NCBI GenBank assembly: GCA_965287045.1
Contig: OZ336880.1
Coordinates: 42,904,001 to 42,968,000 of the forward strand
Source of the DNA: Carcharhinus amblyrhynchos
Taxonomy: Eukaryota
DNA: 64,000 nt
Direction of reading: 5' to 3'
The notes under the pieces were generated by a model that worked only from the letters and a program-made list of their open reading frames with translations, did not search any database and had not been told where the DNA came from. This document shows, one piece after another, positions 1 through 14,362 of this stretch (position 1 is its first letter; the number at the start of each line of letters is the position of its first letter). A program made the position numbers and the translations under genes.

Positions 1-1097
1 TCAGTTGGCTGTTAAGTACTTTGGGCCGTCTTGGGGACGTGAAAGGCGCTAGGTAAATGCAAGTTGTTTTTCTTTTCTTTGGCATATGCGGTAAATACTG
101 TTTGCCGAATCACGAGGTTGTCTATTCACTGACTCCTTCGGAGTTTCCAGCAAAAATTTCAGTAACGTCATAAACGAACAATTTCACATGGAATCATTTT
201 AAATAAAAACATTTATCTCGACATATTGACCCATAATTTGGAATGTGACAATTGTGCCATGTTGTTTCCCAGATTGCAGTTCAATTGGTATGAGGAGATA
301 CTTACCTTAAAACTGGTGAACAAACTCATTCCGAAGAAAATATTACGGAGAAGTGGAAGATTATTTTTTTAGAAAAAGAGTAGTTGGAAAGCCAAACGCT
401 TGATATTATGTTATCATGCAGTGCAATGATTAGTTGACTCGATGCGTATTTTTGTTTAGTGTGCAAGTTGAATGGGTGTTTAGTTATTCTCATCTGGAAT
501 ACAGTTGCTAGTCCCCACAAGGATACAATGAGAAGATGAAACATGTTCCCATTAGAAGTATTTCCATCATGTACCATACTTAGATCATATGAACTCGAAC
601 ATCTGCATTTCCAAGCAATGTGAATGAGCAGAAAAATAAAATGAGAGATACAATCAACTTAAATTATATGTAAAGGAGATATAAACACATTCTTGAAATA
701 ATTCTACTTCAATAGATTCTGCTCCGTCAAGGGCAAAGTCCACAGTGATAAAATAAGAGTATTTGAGCCGCCTGCAATAATTGCGTGTATTAGGATTGCG
801 CCATGTGACATTAGAGAATCAGAGAAGGGCCAGCCTATTGTTTCAGGCATTCCCTTCTTTCCCTCATCAACCCTTCCGGAATGTGCCAAGTTACTCAAGC
901 AGTCACTTAGGATTCAATGACTTATAAATTACAAAAATGTTTACGAAATGCCCTGAAAAGATGTAATGATCCCTTTGCTCTCCCCAACATTGGAAAGTCC
1001 ATTAGAGGGAAATACTCCCACCTTGGTGAGACTGTTTGGTAAAATTGTTAAGACTATTTGTGATTCAAAGTTGAAAAAGTGAAGTTCTGAAGGCTAC

Positions 1098-1581
1098 CTG
1101 CAACTGGGCAGTTGTTTTTCTGCTTGGCATTTTGGCGAGACTCTTTCATCCAGGGAAAGATTTGCTTGGTGAGAGTAGCAGCTGGGCTGGCTGAAGAATT
1201 GGAAATAGACTTGGCTCTTTTCTGTGATGAGGTGTTGCTTGCATTGGGTGAGGGTGGTAAAGGAGGTGGCTGCTGTGGCTCATTGATGGTTGGGGGCTGG
1301 GCAGTGCCCTGGCTGCCACTTGTTCTCATACAGTTGCCATTTATATCGGTAGGCTTATGGCTTGGGGCTCTAACACCGGATGTCTGAATGGGGCACGTCG
1401 AACTTTGATAATCATTTTCAACAGATGATGGCTGGTAGGCCTGGTGGCTAGAAGTGTAGCTGTATGCGTTGGTCTTTTGGTAGGAGTAACCGCCGAATAT
1501 TCCGGAGTTATCGTAGTAAGTCGCTTTTTGCATCTCGCTATTTCGAAATGATAGGGTCTTAACACCCTTATCGAATAGCAT
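1098..1581 (-). CDS. hoxd3: HoxD3 first coding exon (homeobox exon lies outside the window, to the left of base 1)
   Basis: Translates [32 protein letters not shown]...[18 protein letters not shown]. The PG3 hexapeptide is present and the MLF...MQK N-terminal extension is HOXD3-like. ATG at 1581 (second ATG at 1533); phase-1 donor G|GTAGCC after 1098. Confidence 0.95.
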
Positions 1582-1593
1582 TGACACCTCCGA

Positions 1594-1618
1594 TCACGTG
1601 GCACTGTCACGCCAATCA
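1594..1618 (-). promoter_or_regulatory. ATTGG (CCAAT) plus CACGTG E-box module just upstream of the HoxD3 ATG
   Basis: Minus strand GATTGGCGTGACAGTGCCACGTGAT; the same CCAAT/E-box layout is seen upstream of HoxD4 in this window. Confidence 0.55.
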
Positions 1619-4030
1619 CAGGTCTGCAGCAGTCCTTGAGGTTATGAGGCAAAAGACAATAATGGTGAAACATTAGGAACTCATAATTCAGCGTGAAAAA
1701 CATAAACGGCGGCCCATAAATAAAATCTCATATCACATCCGTCAGCAGAATTTGAGTTTCCCTTCTTCTATGAATTACTATTTTACTATTTTACGAGATA
1801 ATAAGCTGCTGAAATGTAACATAAATTACTCGACAACTTCTGTAAGACATTTATATCTTTACTAGGTGTTTATGTGTTGGTACCTTCCAAAGAATTAGCT
1901 TCAATTTGTAAACTCGGGAAGCGATTATTTTCAGGATATATAGAAAACATCTATAGTTCAAACGATCTGCAATGTATTGCTGTTGCATTCTTCTTCGATG
2001 GCAATTTATTAATATTTCAATGCACTATGTATTACTCTTTTATTAATACCTACCTTGGATATGACTCTTCTATAATTATGCTATCTTGATTTTTAACAAG
2101 ACATAATTATTTAGCAGTTAAGAAATATAATAAACTTCTGAAATGCTTCACATCACATGGAAAACAACGGGTTTTATGCTAAGGCTTTATTATTCCATAG
2201 ACTCAAAACAGTGGAAGTCAAAGAACGCTAAAAATGTCCCAGTCATGCTTGACAGAAGTGGACTTCGGTGGGACACACAGTGCTATTCCAGCTGGCTTCA
2301 CTGATTGAGGCCATTTTTATAATGGTGAGAAACAAAAAGGCCCCTCTCAAAAAGAACGAAAAAACCACAGTCACAGGCGACTTGTTCGCCTGCAGCATTT
2401 GCTGGGGGTACAGACCGTTTTATTCTGTGATCTAGACAGTGTTACACAAGACATGATGGATCGAACCAGTTTTAAAAGCTGAAAAACCAACGAAGTGTTC
2501 CCTCGCCATTGTTGGTTTCTTTTTCTTCAACGTAAGGCGAGGTTTGTGTGAAGGGAATGCCTTGCTTTCTGTTACATCTCTCTGCTTTATAACAGAGGGC
2601 AGGCAGTTTAGTTAAAGTATAACTAGCATCTATTCAATCGTTTTGTTCTAATTAAAACAGAGAAATAAGCAAGTCAGCATTTTACATCTACATGCTGCTG
2701 CTTGCGTCGGTTTTAGTTCAAGCAGCCATCTGCAAAATAGCAGATATTACGGGACAAAATTATCTCTTTGGACATATCTGTGAAAAATATCAGCATAGTA
2801 ACCTAAAACAAAAAAGCGAGTAAAAGCGCGTTTAGCCTTTAGTAACTGGCAATCTTTCTTAGATAAATGTTCGTAACATAAGAATCGATTTGAAAGAATG
2901 GAGATCAGACTCTTGCAGTTGTAACAATAGTTGTCTGAAAACACTATATTACATATAAACTATTTAAATATCATATTTTTCCAATTTATGTACTGTCTGC
3001 AATTTGATGACCCTATCACAAAACTGCTAATCCTTCTTTCCGTAATTGTGAATTTATTATTAAACCAATCGTCTTTTATTTCTCGCAAGCTCTGGATCAA
3101 TTATTTATTAAATGTGTTCAACATAGTGAGGGGACTCCCCAGTAAGTGCATTTGTGCTGAAATGAGGGGCTCAGCAATAAAGCCGAATTTTTTGATTGAA
3201 ATATGGCATCTTGTGCTCCGAGTTGAGGTTGCCTACGCGATTTGTCAAACTAGGAGGTTATTTCTGTGTCTGGAATTAAATGATCAAAAACGAGGGTTAA
3301 AACAAATCATTGTGAAATATACTGGAACCGTTACACGAAAATGATTGGCCGGTATTTTAAGTCTTAAGTACGATACCTTGTCTGCAAAATCATTTAAATA
3401 AAGCGTATACCCGTATAAACCGTCACAAGCATTGGACGTGTGACTTATCTGCTACTACATCACGTCACAAATAGATTTTCGATTCATTTAGAAAAAGCCT
3501 TCAGCCATACAGGACTTGACATTCTAATGAAATATGAGTTTATGATCTGCGGCCTCCAAAGTAGCAGTCAGGCACACGTGCACATTTCAGCTGTTTCTTT
3601 ACGAAAAAAAAGTCAATGTTTTGCTTTCCTGCCCTATGTTGTCTGTTTCTGTGTTTCGTGGCATTTTATTTTCTTTTGTTATTCTTCTTTCACCTCCTAT
3701 CCATGCGCGCGCCATTCTAGTTTCATAATTTTGGCATTATATTGCCGCCTTTTACTTAGCTATTCATCTGAAATTTAATTGCAAATCTGCTCACTCACTC
3801 CCCACCCCCTCCTATGCCTATCTAATCTGTGTTATGTGTAAGAGATAAGGAAGTAACTCAGTATTATTTACTGCCACGGGATCTGAACCTACGCCATTGC
3901 AGCCAGCCCCTTCGATTGTAGTGGATTTGAAGGCGCTATCTTCAGAATATCAAAACTAACATTAATATTAAGGTATTGTGAAAAGGTTGTGGTGAAGCGG
4001 CAGATCTGGTTCAGAAACACCAACTGCTTG

Positions 4031-4047
4031 TGAACTCTGTTTGAACC
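4031..4047 (-). promoter_or_regulatory. DR5 retinoic acid response element upstream of HoxD3
   Basis: Minus strand GGTTCA-AACAG-AGTTCA; matches the known Hox4/Hox3 intergenic RARE class. A Pbx-Hox-type TGATTTATGG lies at 4065-4074. Confidence 0.85.
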
Positions 4048-4769
4048 TAAATCGCAGCCACGGGCCATAAATCATTTGGACAATGGTCAACTGTTTCTGC
4101 GTTCATCTTTCAGATCTTTCTTACCTTACATGTTTTTTTTAAATGCAAGGGTGCATCACCTAATACAAAGATTTGATAAGTAACACCTTGTTCTGGACCA
4201 TCACCCTTTATTTTTGGTGCGTTGTTGAATACATTATCTGCATCTGCCGGGCCCATGGCGCAAAATAATGCCAAAAATTATTAAACACTCTTGGCTAACA
4301 TAAATGGCAAGTTTCCCCGCAACATTAATGGAAAGTAGAAGGGCGAAAGAGGCACCAGTGACACATGCACCATGAAAGGATTGAAGTCATGGGTTAACTT
4401 TCCATCTTCCTTTCTCCTAGGTTTCAAATTCGTCTGAACAGCGTGTTACAAAAGTTAAACTGCTTTAACACATACTTGAGTAAATAGTAAAGCTACATCG
4501 TTAGTAATATGTGTTTCCTTGTGTGCTCTGGTTCGCTATTTTGTGTCACATGCACTGTTTTATTTGACCATGGCCAGACAACTGAAGAAACAGTTTCTAT
4601 CGTTGAACTAGCAATCAAATAATTGCTTTCCGTTTTCTTTTGTTTTCAATTTAATCTTAACAGAGTAGTCTAAGAATGTAAAAGCCAGCTACAAAGGTGG
4701 GCAGTTCGTCGTTATTAAGGAGCTAGAGCCCTCACAGTGCATATCAATGCACCTGTCATTGTGTGCTAC

Positions 4770-4806
4770 GCAAAATTTATGACTGCTAGTGCTATGGTCG
4801 TAAACG
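4770..4806. promoter_or_regulatory. Paired Hox/Cdx-type sites, candidate conserved non-coding element
   Basis: AAATTTATGACTGCTAGTGCTATGGTCGTAAAC contains opposed TTTATGA and TTTACGA cores; conservation is inferred, not aligned. Confidence 0.5.
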
Positions 4807-7800
4807 CTTCACTACAGAATGAAAAGGAAAACACTTCCAAAGACTTGCTATCTTCAGAAGTGCAAAACAGTTACAGCGTAGGAGGAAAGACCAGAAAAAG
4901 AATGCCCAGACTCCACAAGTTTCTTATCTACGAGGCGTTTCGCCAACTCTTGCAGGATTTTATATAAACCATTGAAACTTGCCAGGAAATTTGAAATACG
5001 GCTCAGACCGCAAGCTTTCCACATCTAGCAGAAGCGCGTGGCTGGAGCGGGAGGAACTGAAAACTGTCTTTGCTAAACGTCAGCTGGGATCCAAATTTGA
5101 AATCAAAGGTTTGACTTCAGGTATGAAGCCGGGAGAAAAAGGCGATCAAACAGCACAAGAAGCTTTTCACTTTTACTTTGTGTCTGGCAGGCGTTTTCAA
5201 TGTAATTTTATTCGTTATATACGTCAGCTATTTTAAACTGTAACGAGTTCTACACTTTCTCAGAACTTGCTTAACCATGTGATGTATTTTGTTAAACATC
5301 CTACACGAAAATTTGTTGCCTTCGGCCATTGCGCTCCAGAAGAAGCAGATTATTCTTGGGACATGGCAATGTTGATTATGTTTATACTTTGAGGATCAGT
5401 CCTGGCAGAGGGACCTGTTCCTATTTCAGTTTGCATCTCATCCAACCTCTTCCAAAACGGTGCTTGATTACTAAATTGTGGACATCGAAGAACTTTATTT
5501 TGAAAATGGAATGGCCTGTCTAGAAAAATAATTCACGATTTGTAGGTAAAGGCAACAGGGTCTCCATCCCTAAACCAAATATTCATCCGGTTTCAGGTTT
5601 TAACCTATTTCATATGAGGTCTTTCATTCTATCTAGAGTAAGTGGGATAAACGCGCTCATTGTGTAGACTATAACGGTTGAACAGATTGTACGGTTCCTC
5701 AATCCAATTCACAATCCATTTTTGTGTTTTATCCAGAAATCGTACTCCTGTTATACAACCCAATTAACTTGTAAACTAGGCACAGTCCGAACAGTCGGTC
5801 TCTCGTGCAAGTGCGATATGTGTTGCAAAAAGGGAGAAAAAGAGATGGAACAAAAATGTGGAGTTGAGACTGAGTGAGAAAGATTAAAGGTCCGACGTCA
5901 AATTAACTAGATGGAATATTACAGCTCAAAGGAAACATTCCAATACTTCGTCAAACGTGCCCCCATTAAGATTTAACGAAACGCACCCAGGTTTACATAT
6001 TGGTTAGAAACATTCCTCATTCTGAGCATTAAAATTTGCCATGAAGTGATTAGCTTAAGTACGATCTCTTTCCCGTTTTTAATTGTACTGGTTCTTTCGT
6101 AGGCCTTAATGGTCCATTGCATAGACGTGTTACCACGACGCAGATTCAATTTATCAGAATCACAGATTATTTTGCAAAAGCATTGAGTTCTAGCACAGAG
6201 AAGAAACAGATTCTTAATAGGCGTAATAACAGGCACCAATAAGGAAACTCAACGATCACCTCCCTGCCTGTTTAAATAATGAATTTCGTTTCTTCTATAT
6301 GTGTTCCAGTAGTTAAGACATAAAACCATGAACTAAATCCCCAGGGGTAAATTTCATTTACTGATTGACCAGAACACCAGATTCTGCTACAAATGGGAAG
6401 GAGCGAAAAATATAAAAACTCACCACCGATTTTTTTTCTATCTTCTTTTGGTTGGATTGGATTTGGAATCTGTCCAGATTGATCAGAGGGCACGGGTTTT
6501 GTTCTGAAAGCAGAAAATGTAATTAAATACTTTCATCGACACTAATATAATTTCTCTATATCCTATATATTTTAGGTCATCTTATTGACTGCTATCAAAC
6601 AAAGAAGTGAAAGGACCTTGCAACGGGCCGCTAAGATCCATTTCTGACTGTGGACAATGTATTTCTTTGTTATTTACATAAAATGCGTGGAAAAAAACAA
6701 TGTTTCCTTGTGAGCTTTAATCAAATGGCTTCGTGATTTGGTTATTTTTTTAAAAAAAAGAAAAGAATGTTAACTTGCTTTGTTTCCGAAATTAGAAATT
6801 GGATACCACTAAATAGCAATGCTACATGATTAATGAGTTGAGCTGCATTGTCAGTGAATTTAAAAAGGAGGGAAGAAAGGGTTAAATAAATTTAAAGTCG
6901 GTAAAGATTATGGTAGGGCATTTGGCTTCTTAAAAAAAATGCCGAAGAACCGCCTCCCGAGAATCTGAATACACAACAACAAATCATTCTTTTCCAGCGA
7001 TTTTCATAATCCAAATTGTTATTGCGGAAACATGAAGCTATTAATAGCATCAAGCATTTCAGATCGGAACTTCAATTTAAAGTACCAGAAATGTGCCTCG
7101 AGGGTGGGCTTATTACCCAATGAACATGATATTTTGGGGCCTACTGCTCTTGGTCGGGAAATAGATCGTTCAGTGGGGCCCTTTCATGGAAAATGGGCCT
7201 GAACGGAGCAGTAAATAAGAATCACACTTTTATATCATGCAGTCTCTTGGTTTCCTCGAACTCACTCCAATCCACTTTTTGCAGATTGCCAATATTAACA
7301 TTCTTCATAATAAAAAAGGCGTCTATTTCTTTTCCAGATGAAGCTTAAATCTGTGCGTTTAAGCAGAAACTACCACCGTTGTCGAACATTTTATAGCCAG
7401 CTAACCTAACAATACAAATATGGAGGTTAGCAAGAAAGGGCCTGGCGCCATATATAAAGTTCATGAATAATGTATTATATTGACAGGCGGTTATGCTTTG
7501 TCATTGGGATACCAAACATCATGTAATATTTTATATCGATCAGGCAGGCTCATAATGCTCGCTATAAAGAGTTTGGTTAAACAAAAAAAGTAACTAAAAT
7601 ACAATAACACAACACGGCCGAATCCCCCAAACTTCAAATCAATCTACAAGAAGCAGATAGGAGGTGAAACGAAGCTGAAGTCAGGCAGGAACTGCATTTC
7701 AGGGAATGTTATATCAATTCAAAGCACATGCTTTACATTTGAAAATATATTTAAGAAAAAAAAACAACTGTGGCCAGATCAGAGGGACAAAGAAATCGCC

Positions 7801-7871
7801 GTCATTAGATGACAATATGTAAGAATCATAAGGCTTTGAAATGACCTTTGGCTTGTACAGCAATAACTCAC

Positions 7872-8110
7872 CACTTAATGAACAACGAACGGAAGCGCCT
7901 CCACTACCTCACAATACAGCCCATCACACAACTTCACCATGGCTTTTCTATCCCTCTTTAATCCCACTAAGACGCAGCACTTTGCAAACTAGTCTCTCCA
8001 ACTTGTGTCTATATAGTTTGAAGTTAGAAGAGGATCCAAATCACAGACGGCAAGGCATCGCGTCCTCGGTCCAATGCCTCCCACCATAATGTGTGTAATG
8101 TATTCACGTG
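7872..8110 (-). promoter_or_regulatory. Candidate upstream promoter and non-coding first exon of HoxD3
   Basis: Minus-strand order: CACGTG (8105-8110), ATTGG (8071-8075), CTATATAG TATA-like (8009-8016), then strong donor GTG|GTGAGT (7866-7871). Confidence 0.6.
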
Positions 8111-11100
8111 GCCATACGTCAATTTAAAAGGTTTTATTTCTCAGTAATCACTGGAAGTAAATTAAGTATTTGCAGGGCAAAGTCGCTACTTTTCCAGAAA
8201 GCAAGAACATTCGGCAAGCTTTAAACACTTGGCTGCTTTCAAACAGTTACTGATAACTTAAGTGTGCTCAGCTATGACCTGGACGGTAAGTTTTTAAACA
8301 TCTTATTGATTTCACAGCAGTGTAAGAGAGCTCTCAAACTATCATCCTAGAAGTTAGAAGCAGAATATCCGTGTAAAATAGAGTGGGCAGAATGAATACG
8401 TCGGAAAGTTCTGGAAAACTTTTCTTGTCACTTTCTTAAATTGTTAAACTGATTTTAAGAACGATGCCTTGTTTATTACTTTCAGTGTCTCCCAAAACAT
8501 AGTGCAGCACAAGCCATGAATCCAGGGCGGTTACTGTACATGGTGCCTGAAAAAGTTGTAACTTTTTTCAGAGATGAAAAGTTTTAAAGCCACACGAGCA
8601 AGCGAACGTTGATGGTTACCATGACGTGAGCCGAGGAGAGGTTTATTGAAATTTTAGGTGAAGTTATAAATGAGTGGCCCCATCGAGCAAAATGAAATGC
8701 TACTCAGAGTAATTGGATTCAGCTGACTAACATGGCAGCCCAGCAGCTTCGAGGCATGCAGCAATGAAAAATGCTCCACGCAAAAGTTTTTACCGAGCAA
8801 AGCACGTATGCAGACTGCAAAACGACGTTTATGTCTGTGGACATTCGGAGGAAAATGCACAAATCTGCATGCGAGTAATGTAAATTTGGATAATTTATAT
8901 GTTTACATTGAGAAGAAAAACGAAAAGCTCTCTGTTATTAATATTCAGATTACAGCGAATAGTACTATTGTTATATGAACTTAAAATTGAATTTCTGAAA
9001 GAAACAATTTGAATCATATTCCCGATCCTACCTTAGATTAACTTCAGACCAGCGTGTTATGTACAGTAATAGCATTAAGATATGTCTAAAAGTAGGAATT
9101 ATTATTATACAACTGGAAAATAGTACAGTTGCATTCTTAATAGCAATTAATAAGAGTAATTGAATGCGTTTCTAGAACTGAAAGAGAGAAAAAAAACAAG
9201 TTAACATTAAAAATTTAGAATCTACTGGAACAAGTTCGCCCACATACCAGGATTTAAATATGATGATTTCGTTTTTGAAATTTACCCAAATTGGTTAACT
9301 GTAAGAGCATCACTACAAAAATATTGTCCAGTGATTATCTTCTGACACGATTGTTGAGTTAACATGATATTGATATTTATTTAGCATGTAAATACATTTT
9401 AAAAATGCGGATATGGTGATTTCCTAGAAATTCACAAGTAGTTTTCCTTGAAGGACAATAACATTAATTGAGAAATAATTTATACAGGCTGCTGCAATAA
9501 CTTTAGCCCGCAATATATTTCTGAAGCGCATAAATCAAAGAAGACTGCAGCCTGACGATAAGCTAGAGACAACAAATTAATGTGATTTACGATCTAAGTT
9601 TGCTAGTGACAGTTTGAAAAGTTCCCTGGGTTTCTGTGCCTTTTTATTTCGTTTTCCTTTTACATAAAACTGCAGAATCAGCTAAAATGCGCCACAAGAC
9701 AAATCTGGGACTGCTCTGGATTGTCCGATCTAACCTTTCTCAAATTGCGCACTTTGGTGAATGAGCAAATGTTTCTTTCCTCTATAAATCGCCATACTTT
9801 GCTACAAAATCAGGTTCCTGGTTTGCTTCTCAAATGGGAACAATGCACTAGTTTGTCTCAGAATTTCATACAATTTGGCATGAATAATATACCCTCTTGC
9901 TGAAGGCATTATCCAAACCTACTTCTAAAGGTTCATATTATCATACGATTGCTTACCTGTGTGTCAATTTATCATAAATCTATGCTTCTCAAACTCAATT
10001 TCTTAGCCTGCAGCTGCGAATAATATCCTGCGCCGTTTGTCTGGAGACAGTGCTGTCTTAAACCAGATCTTGCGGTTTTGCAGACATTTCGATACGAAAT
10101 GCAGACGGTATTCCCGATAGAAATGGCTTCAGTCTCAGGGACAACTACCAATAAAAACGGCGTACAGAGATGCATTAGCTTTTAGATCTAAACCGAGACT
10201 TTAGAATCGAGCATTCGACGAGGAAATGGTATTGATAAACCGGTAGGTATTCCTTTAAAAAAGTTGCAATTTATGAATTTTATAGTGCAACGGATACCTT
10301 TTATAATCAGAAAATATAGGCGCTGCCTCAAGATACAGGCATATTTGTTCACGTGATCTGTGTTACCAGATTGTTCTGATTGAGCCAGTAAGTTGAGCCA
10401 GCGCTACCTCACTAACATCTATTTAATATGGATTGTTTGGTGCTTTGAGTCACTTCTTACATTAACACTAATGAAGAGCTGAATGAAAATTAAATATTCG
10501 GTGTTGCATTTGTAAAAGCATTGTGAGGTAGCGTCTTTCAGAACAGTACCACGTTCACTAAATTGAACAATAGATTTGTATTTTATTGCCTTTTCATAGC
10601 CTCTAGGCTGCAGGCTGCTTATCATTCCTCCTGGTGTATTGAGTTGATTAGTGCACTCATTTACTTAATCTAACAAGTATTACTTTTGGAAGAATCGGAT
10701 TCTGTGTATATGTACATATATTTACATTGTATATGACCAAGGCAGCGTATTTATATGAAACACTTCATTTGGTTTAAAATATTTTAGTATTTTGAAAACA
10801 ATATACATCTATAGGTCTCAAAACCAACACAAAGCTGAGAGTAAAACGACAAAATATGTAATGAAACGACAACAAACAAGGTTAAATGTTGTGGGGTGAT
10901 CACATAAAAATCTGGCGAATGAATTGGACTTCCTATTAATCCCGTTCAGGTTTGGAATTAGTTGAGAGAAACCGTTAAAGAAATGCTGCAGCAGATACGA
11001 TTTCTGTGAAACTCAATCTCTCTCCTTTCCAGGAAGAGAAATTAATCATCGTTGGTAACTGCAGTTTTATGCAATGAACTTGATGTCTGTGGACTAGGAA

Positions 11101-14100
11101 TTAATGTGGCATTTTCCCTTTCTCTTTCAGGAGAAGCAGTTTAAATCACAAGGACCAGTGACAATGTCTAGTTACACAAACGTCTCACAAAACCAGACGT
11201 TGAATGTCGTTTCATTTAATCTCTGTTAATATTATGTATTTACCCCCGACAAATGTTTTGTGAAATATAATGTTTTTGGTTAGGGAAAATTAATTTCCAG
11301 TAACATTCTATCGAATTGCTTAATATTTCTGTTAAATGTTACTTCCAACTGCTCTTAATAACTGAAACATTTGTCTGTAATTTAATAGCAATAAAAAACA
11401 TTTCTATTGACAGTAATGCATGACCTTATTGCACCTAGCGCTGGCTTAACGCAACATTTATCTAAATTACTTTACCCTCTGTGGCTTATATGGTCGTTAT
11501 AAAAATATTGCTTTGCAATTACTGCATTATAAATTATTTAAAAGAAAATAAGGCTTACATCTCAATGTTTAACTAAGGCGTCACTTTCGGTCAAAACCTA
11601 TGTTGAGCGAATTCGAAAGTCTGTTTTGACGATTTTTCAGAATATAACGATTGTTGTAGGGCTTTGTAAAACAGATAAATCTTTTATATCTTTCAAGTTA
11701 TCCACGTTTGCGACTTTTAAGTAATCACTGTTATAGTATTCTTCGATCCCAAAATTGTAAATAGACCATTTTATTACGCAAGGTTTCCCTTCTCTGATAA
11801 TTTTATGAGGAGACTAAGATGAAGCAACTAAGTGTTAATGTTTGCCACTGTGGGAACTCAGCTTTACGTGGAACATAATCAAATGGGGACCTGAAGACGG
11901 CTTCGACTGCAGCATATGTTCATATAGCAATAAAAAGAAGAGATTTACAATCTTCGCCTGGACTCAGCAGCCTTTCAGGGATTACTAGTAGTGATTTATA
12001 ACAGAGGAAAATTGTTGACCCCCCCAGCCACCCCCCCCCCAACAACAACTTTCTTCCGATTTAATGAAAAAGTTGTAATTAAAGCGTTTTCATTGATTCG
12101 TGTCTGCCTAGTTCTTCGCTGGAGTGGAATTTAACGGTAGATGACACTGAGTTGAAGTGAGAGTCGGCAAAAGAGTAACTTGGCGGTACGACCGCAGCTT
12201 TGTCATCAGGAAAACAGCGCTGCATTTGTCATCGGCGAATAACTGAATTAATAGGTTATTGTTTTAATGCATAATTTATTAAAAAAGGAAACGAGCGTTG
12301 ACTTTACACACGTGACGACAGCACAAATTCAATTTCCAGAAGTGTTTTGTGACAAAAGCAACGGAAGCAATAAATGCCGAGGTTCATTTTGTAAAATATC
12401 TCCAATCAATTGAATAAAATCTTTTTTCAAAAGATATCTGCATTTGCCACAGTAATATATGCAGTTTAATTACACTTTTAGAAAGAGGTTTAGGAACTGA
12501 GCTGTCATGATATGCCACTCCGATGCTACAACTACAACTTAGGTTAAGGTTTGATATTACTGTTTCACTTTATACCTTAAAATGTTGACTTGCATTTGTT
12601 TTTAACCTTTACCACAATAATAAAACTTTTGCACATTATTGTTAAACGGCCAACAATAAAAAGCTAGATTATGCTTGTACTTTATTGTGTTGTATTATCT
12701 ATATTATACATGTGAGGCATACTTTAATACGACATCCTATTATTATCATACTAACCTCAAATCAGCAAATCAGAATAGAACCATTTTATTACATTATAAC
12801 ATGTACCGACATTGAAAACACAGTTTGTTCCTGTTCTGGGTAGAAATCACAACCATTTATTATTTAAATGAGTCAAGCACGCTCTCCCAGTTTTGTGGAT
12901 AATCATTTAACAGACTGCTATAGAAAAAACAAAAACTCACTTTCTGTCAAATCAAATCCCCATAGGTGCAAAGGAGACATTTGTTTCATCTTTTAAAGCA
13001 AAACATCTATTAAAAAATGAAGCACCAAACGCTCATGAATATAGTTTCTGTAGACTTGGGTACCTGCAATTGTTCTAGTTGAATCTCATTTACAGACTTT
13101 CCATTAGATCTCAAAGAAAACAAAATATATGACTCGTGGTATTCAATATAAACTCAGGCCTCTATTTCACTGTGTACAAATAGGCAGCAGATGCCATGAC
13201 AGCCGGCATTGTTTGCAATAAAGCACAACTAAACCGTAAAATCTACGCCATTTCATGACACTCAACTACGCCTTAATAATAATCTCATCGCAGCCTTACT
13301 AACATTTACCCCACCTCCAAAATGCAGCCGGTACAAATTTCTGCATCTGAAGTTTATCATGGTTGTTCCAAAATGTTAAAGCTAATCCGAATAGAAGGTC
13401 AGTATATCTGCCTACTACAACTTATGACTGTCGCCTGGTAGCACAGAGTAAGAAGCAAAGGGCGCTATTCATCAAATATATATGACAGTTACATTCATTT
13501 GCTATCTTAGCAGAAACAAAACTAAAATTGTTTACCTACCAAGCTTCCATTTTTCAGTTTCTGGCAACGAACCACAACAGCAAAGTGAAATAGCGGACCA
13601 TTTGTATATAATATTCTTGGGATCTGTTCACTTTTCAAGTGTGATAGAGTCCTTTGCTTGGCCGATTAATGACGACGCCGTGTTTCTTTCGGGACGTACT
13701 GCATTAATTATTTAGTAAATCACGTGGCCGAATCAAATATAAAAGGATACATAAAATCTTGCCACCTCTTCTGGACATAATCATAAAATGTATAAGTCTT
13801 TACCATTTGAGAAATATTTGGTTGGTAAATATGTTTTAAAATTCTAAAGGGAAAGACTAACAAATATGGCTGTTTAGTAGCGTTGGGTTGCATCAGCTTT
13901 GTCCCATTTTGAATGACCAGCCTATGGCATGGTCGGATTGACTCTTTGCCTTCCTTTCAGCTGTTTCTCTTTCCAGGCTAGGAGCAAAATAACGGGGCAG
14001 TGTACACATAACAATAACAATTCAGTGAACATTCCTCATTTAAGTTTAAGTTTATTCCGATTTGTTCCATGAAACTAAATATTTAAATTATTTCAATTTT

Positions 14101-14169
14101 AAGGAAGTCAAATCATAAAAAGTGGGTCTTTAATGTCCGTACTTGTCCCTTAAACATGCATGGAGCTAA

Positions 14170-14362
14170 ATAAATGCGTGTACAAAAAAGTACGCATTTA
14201 CATTATCGCATATGCAGCCATGCATATATACATACACACATACATCAATACATATACCGTGGCCATATCCACATATGTACACATACACATGTACATACAT
14301 GCATATACATAAATATATACTCATGCATGAAAAATAGATATATACATACAAACAGCACACAG
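14170..14362. repeat. Degenerate (CA/TA)n microsatellite
   Basis: Alternating purine-pyrimidine tract (catatatacatacacacatac...); produces spurious C/V/Y/H-rich ORFs. Confidence 0.85.
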
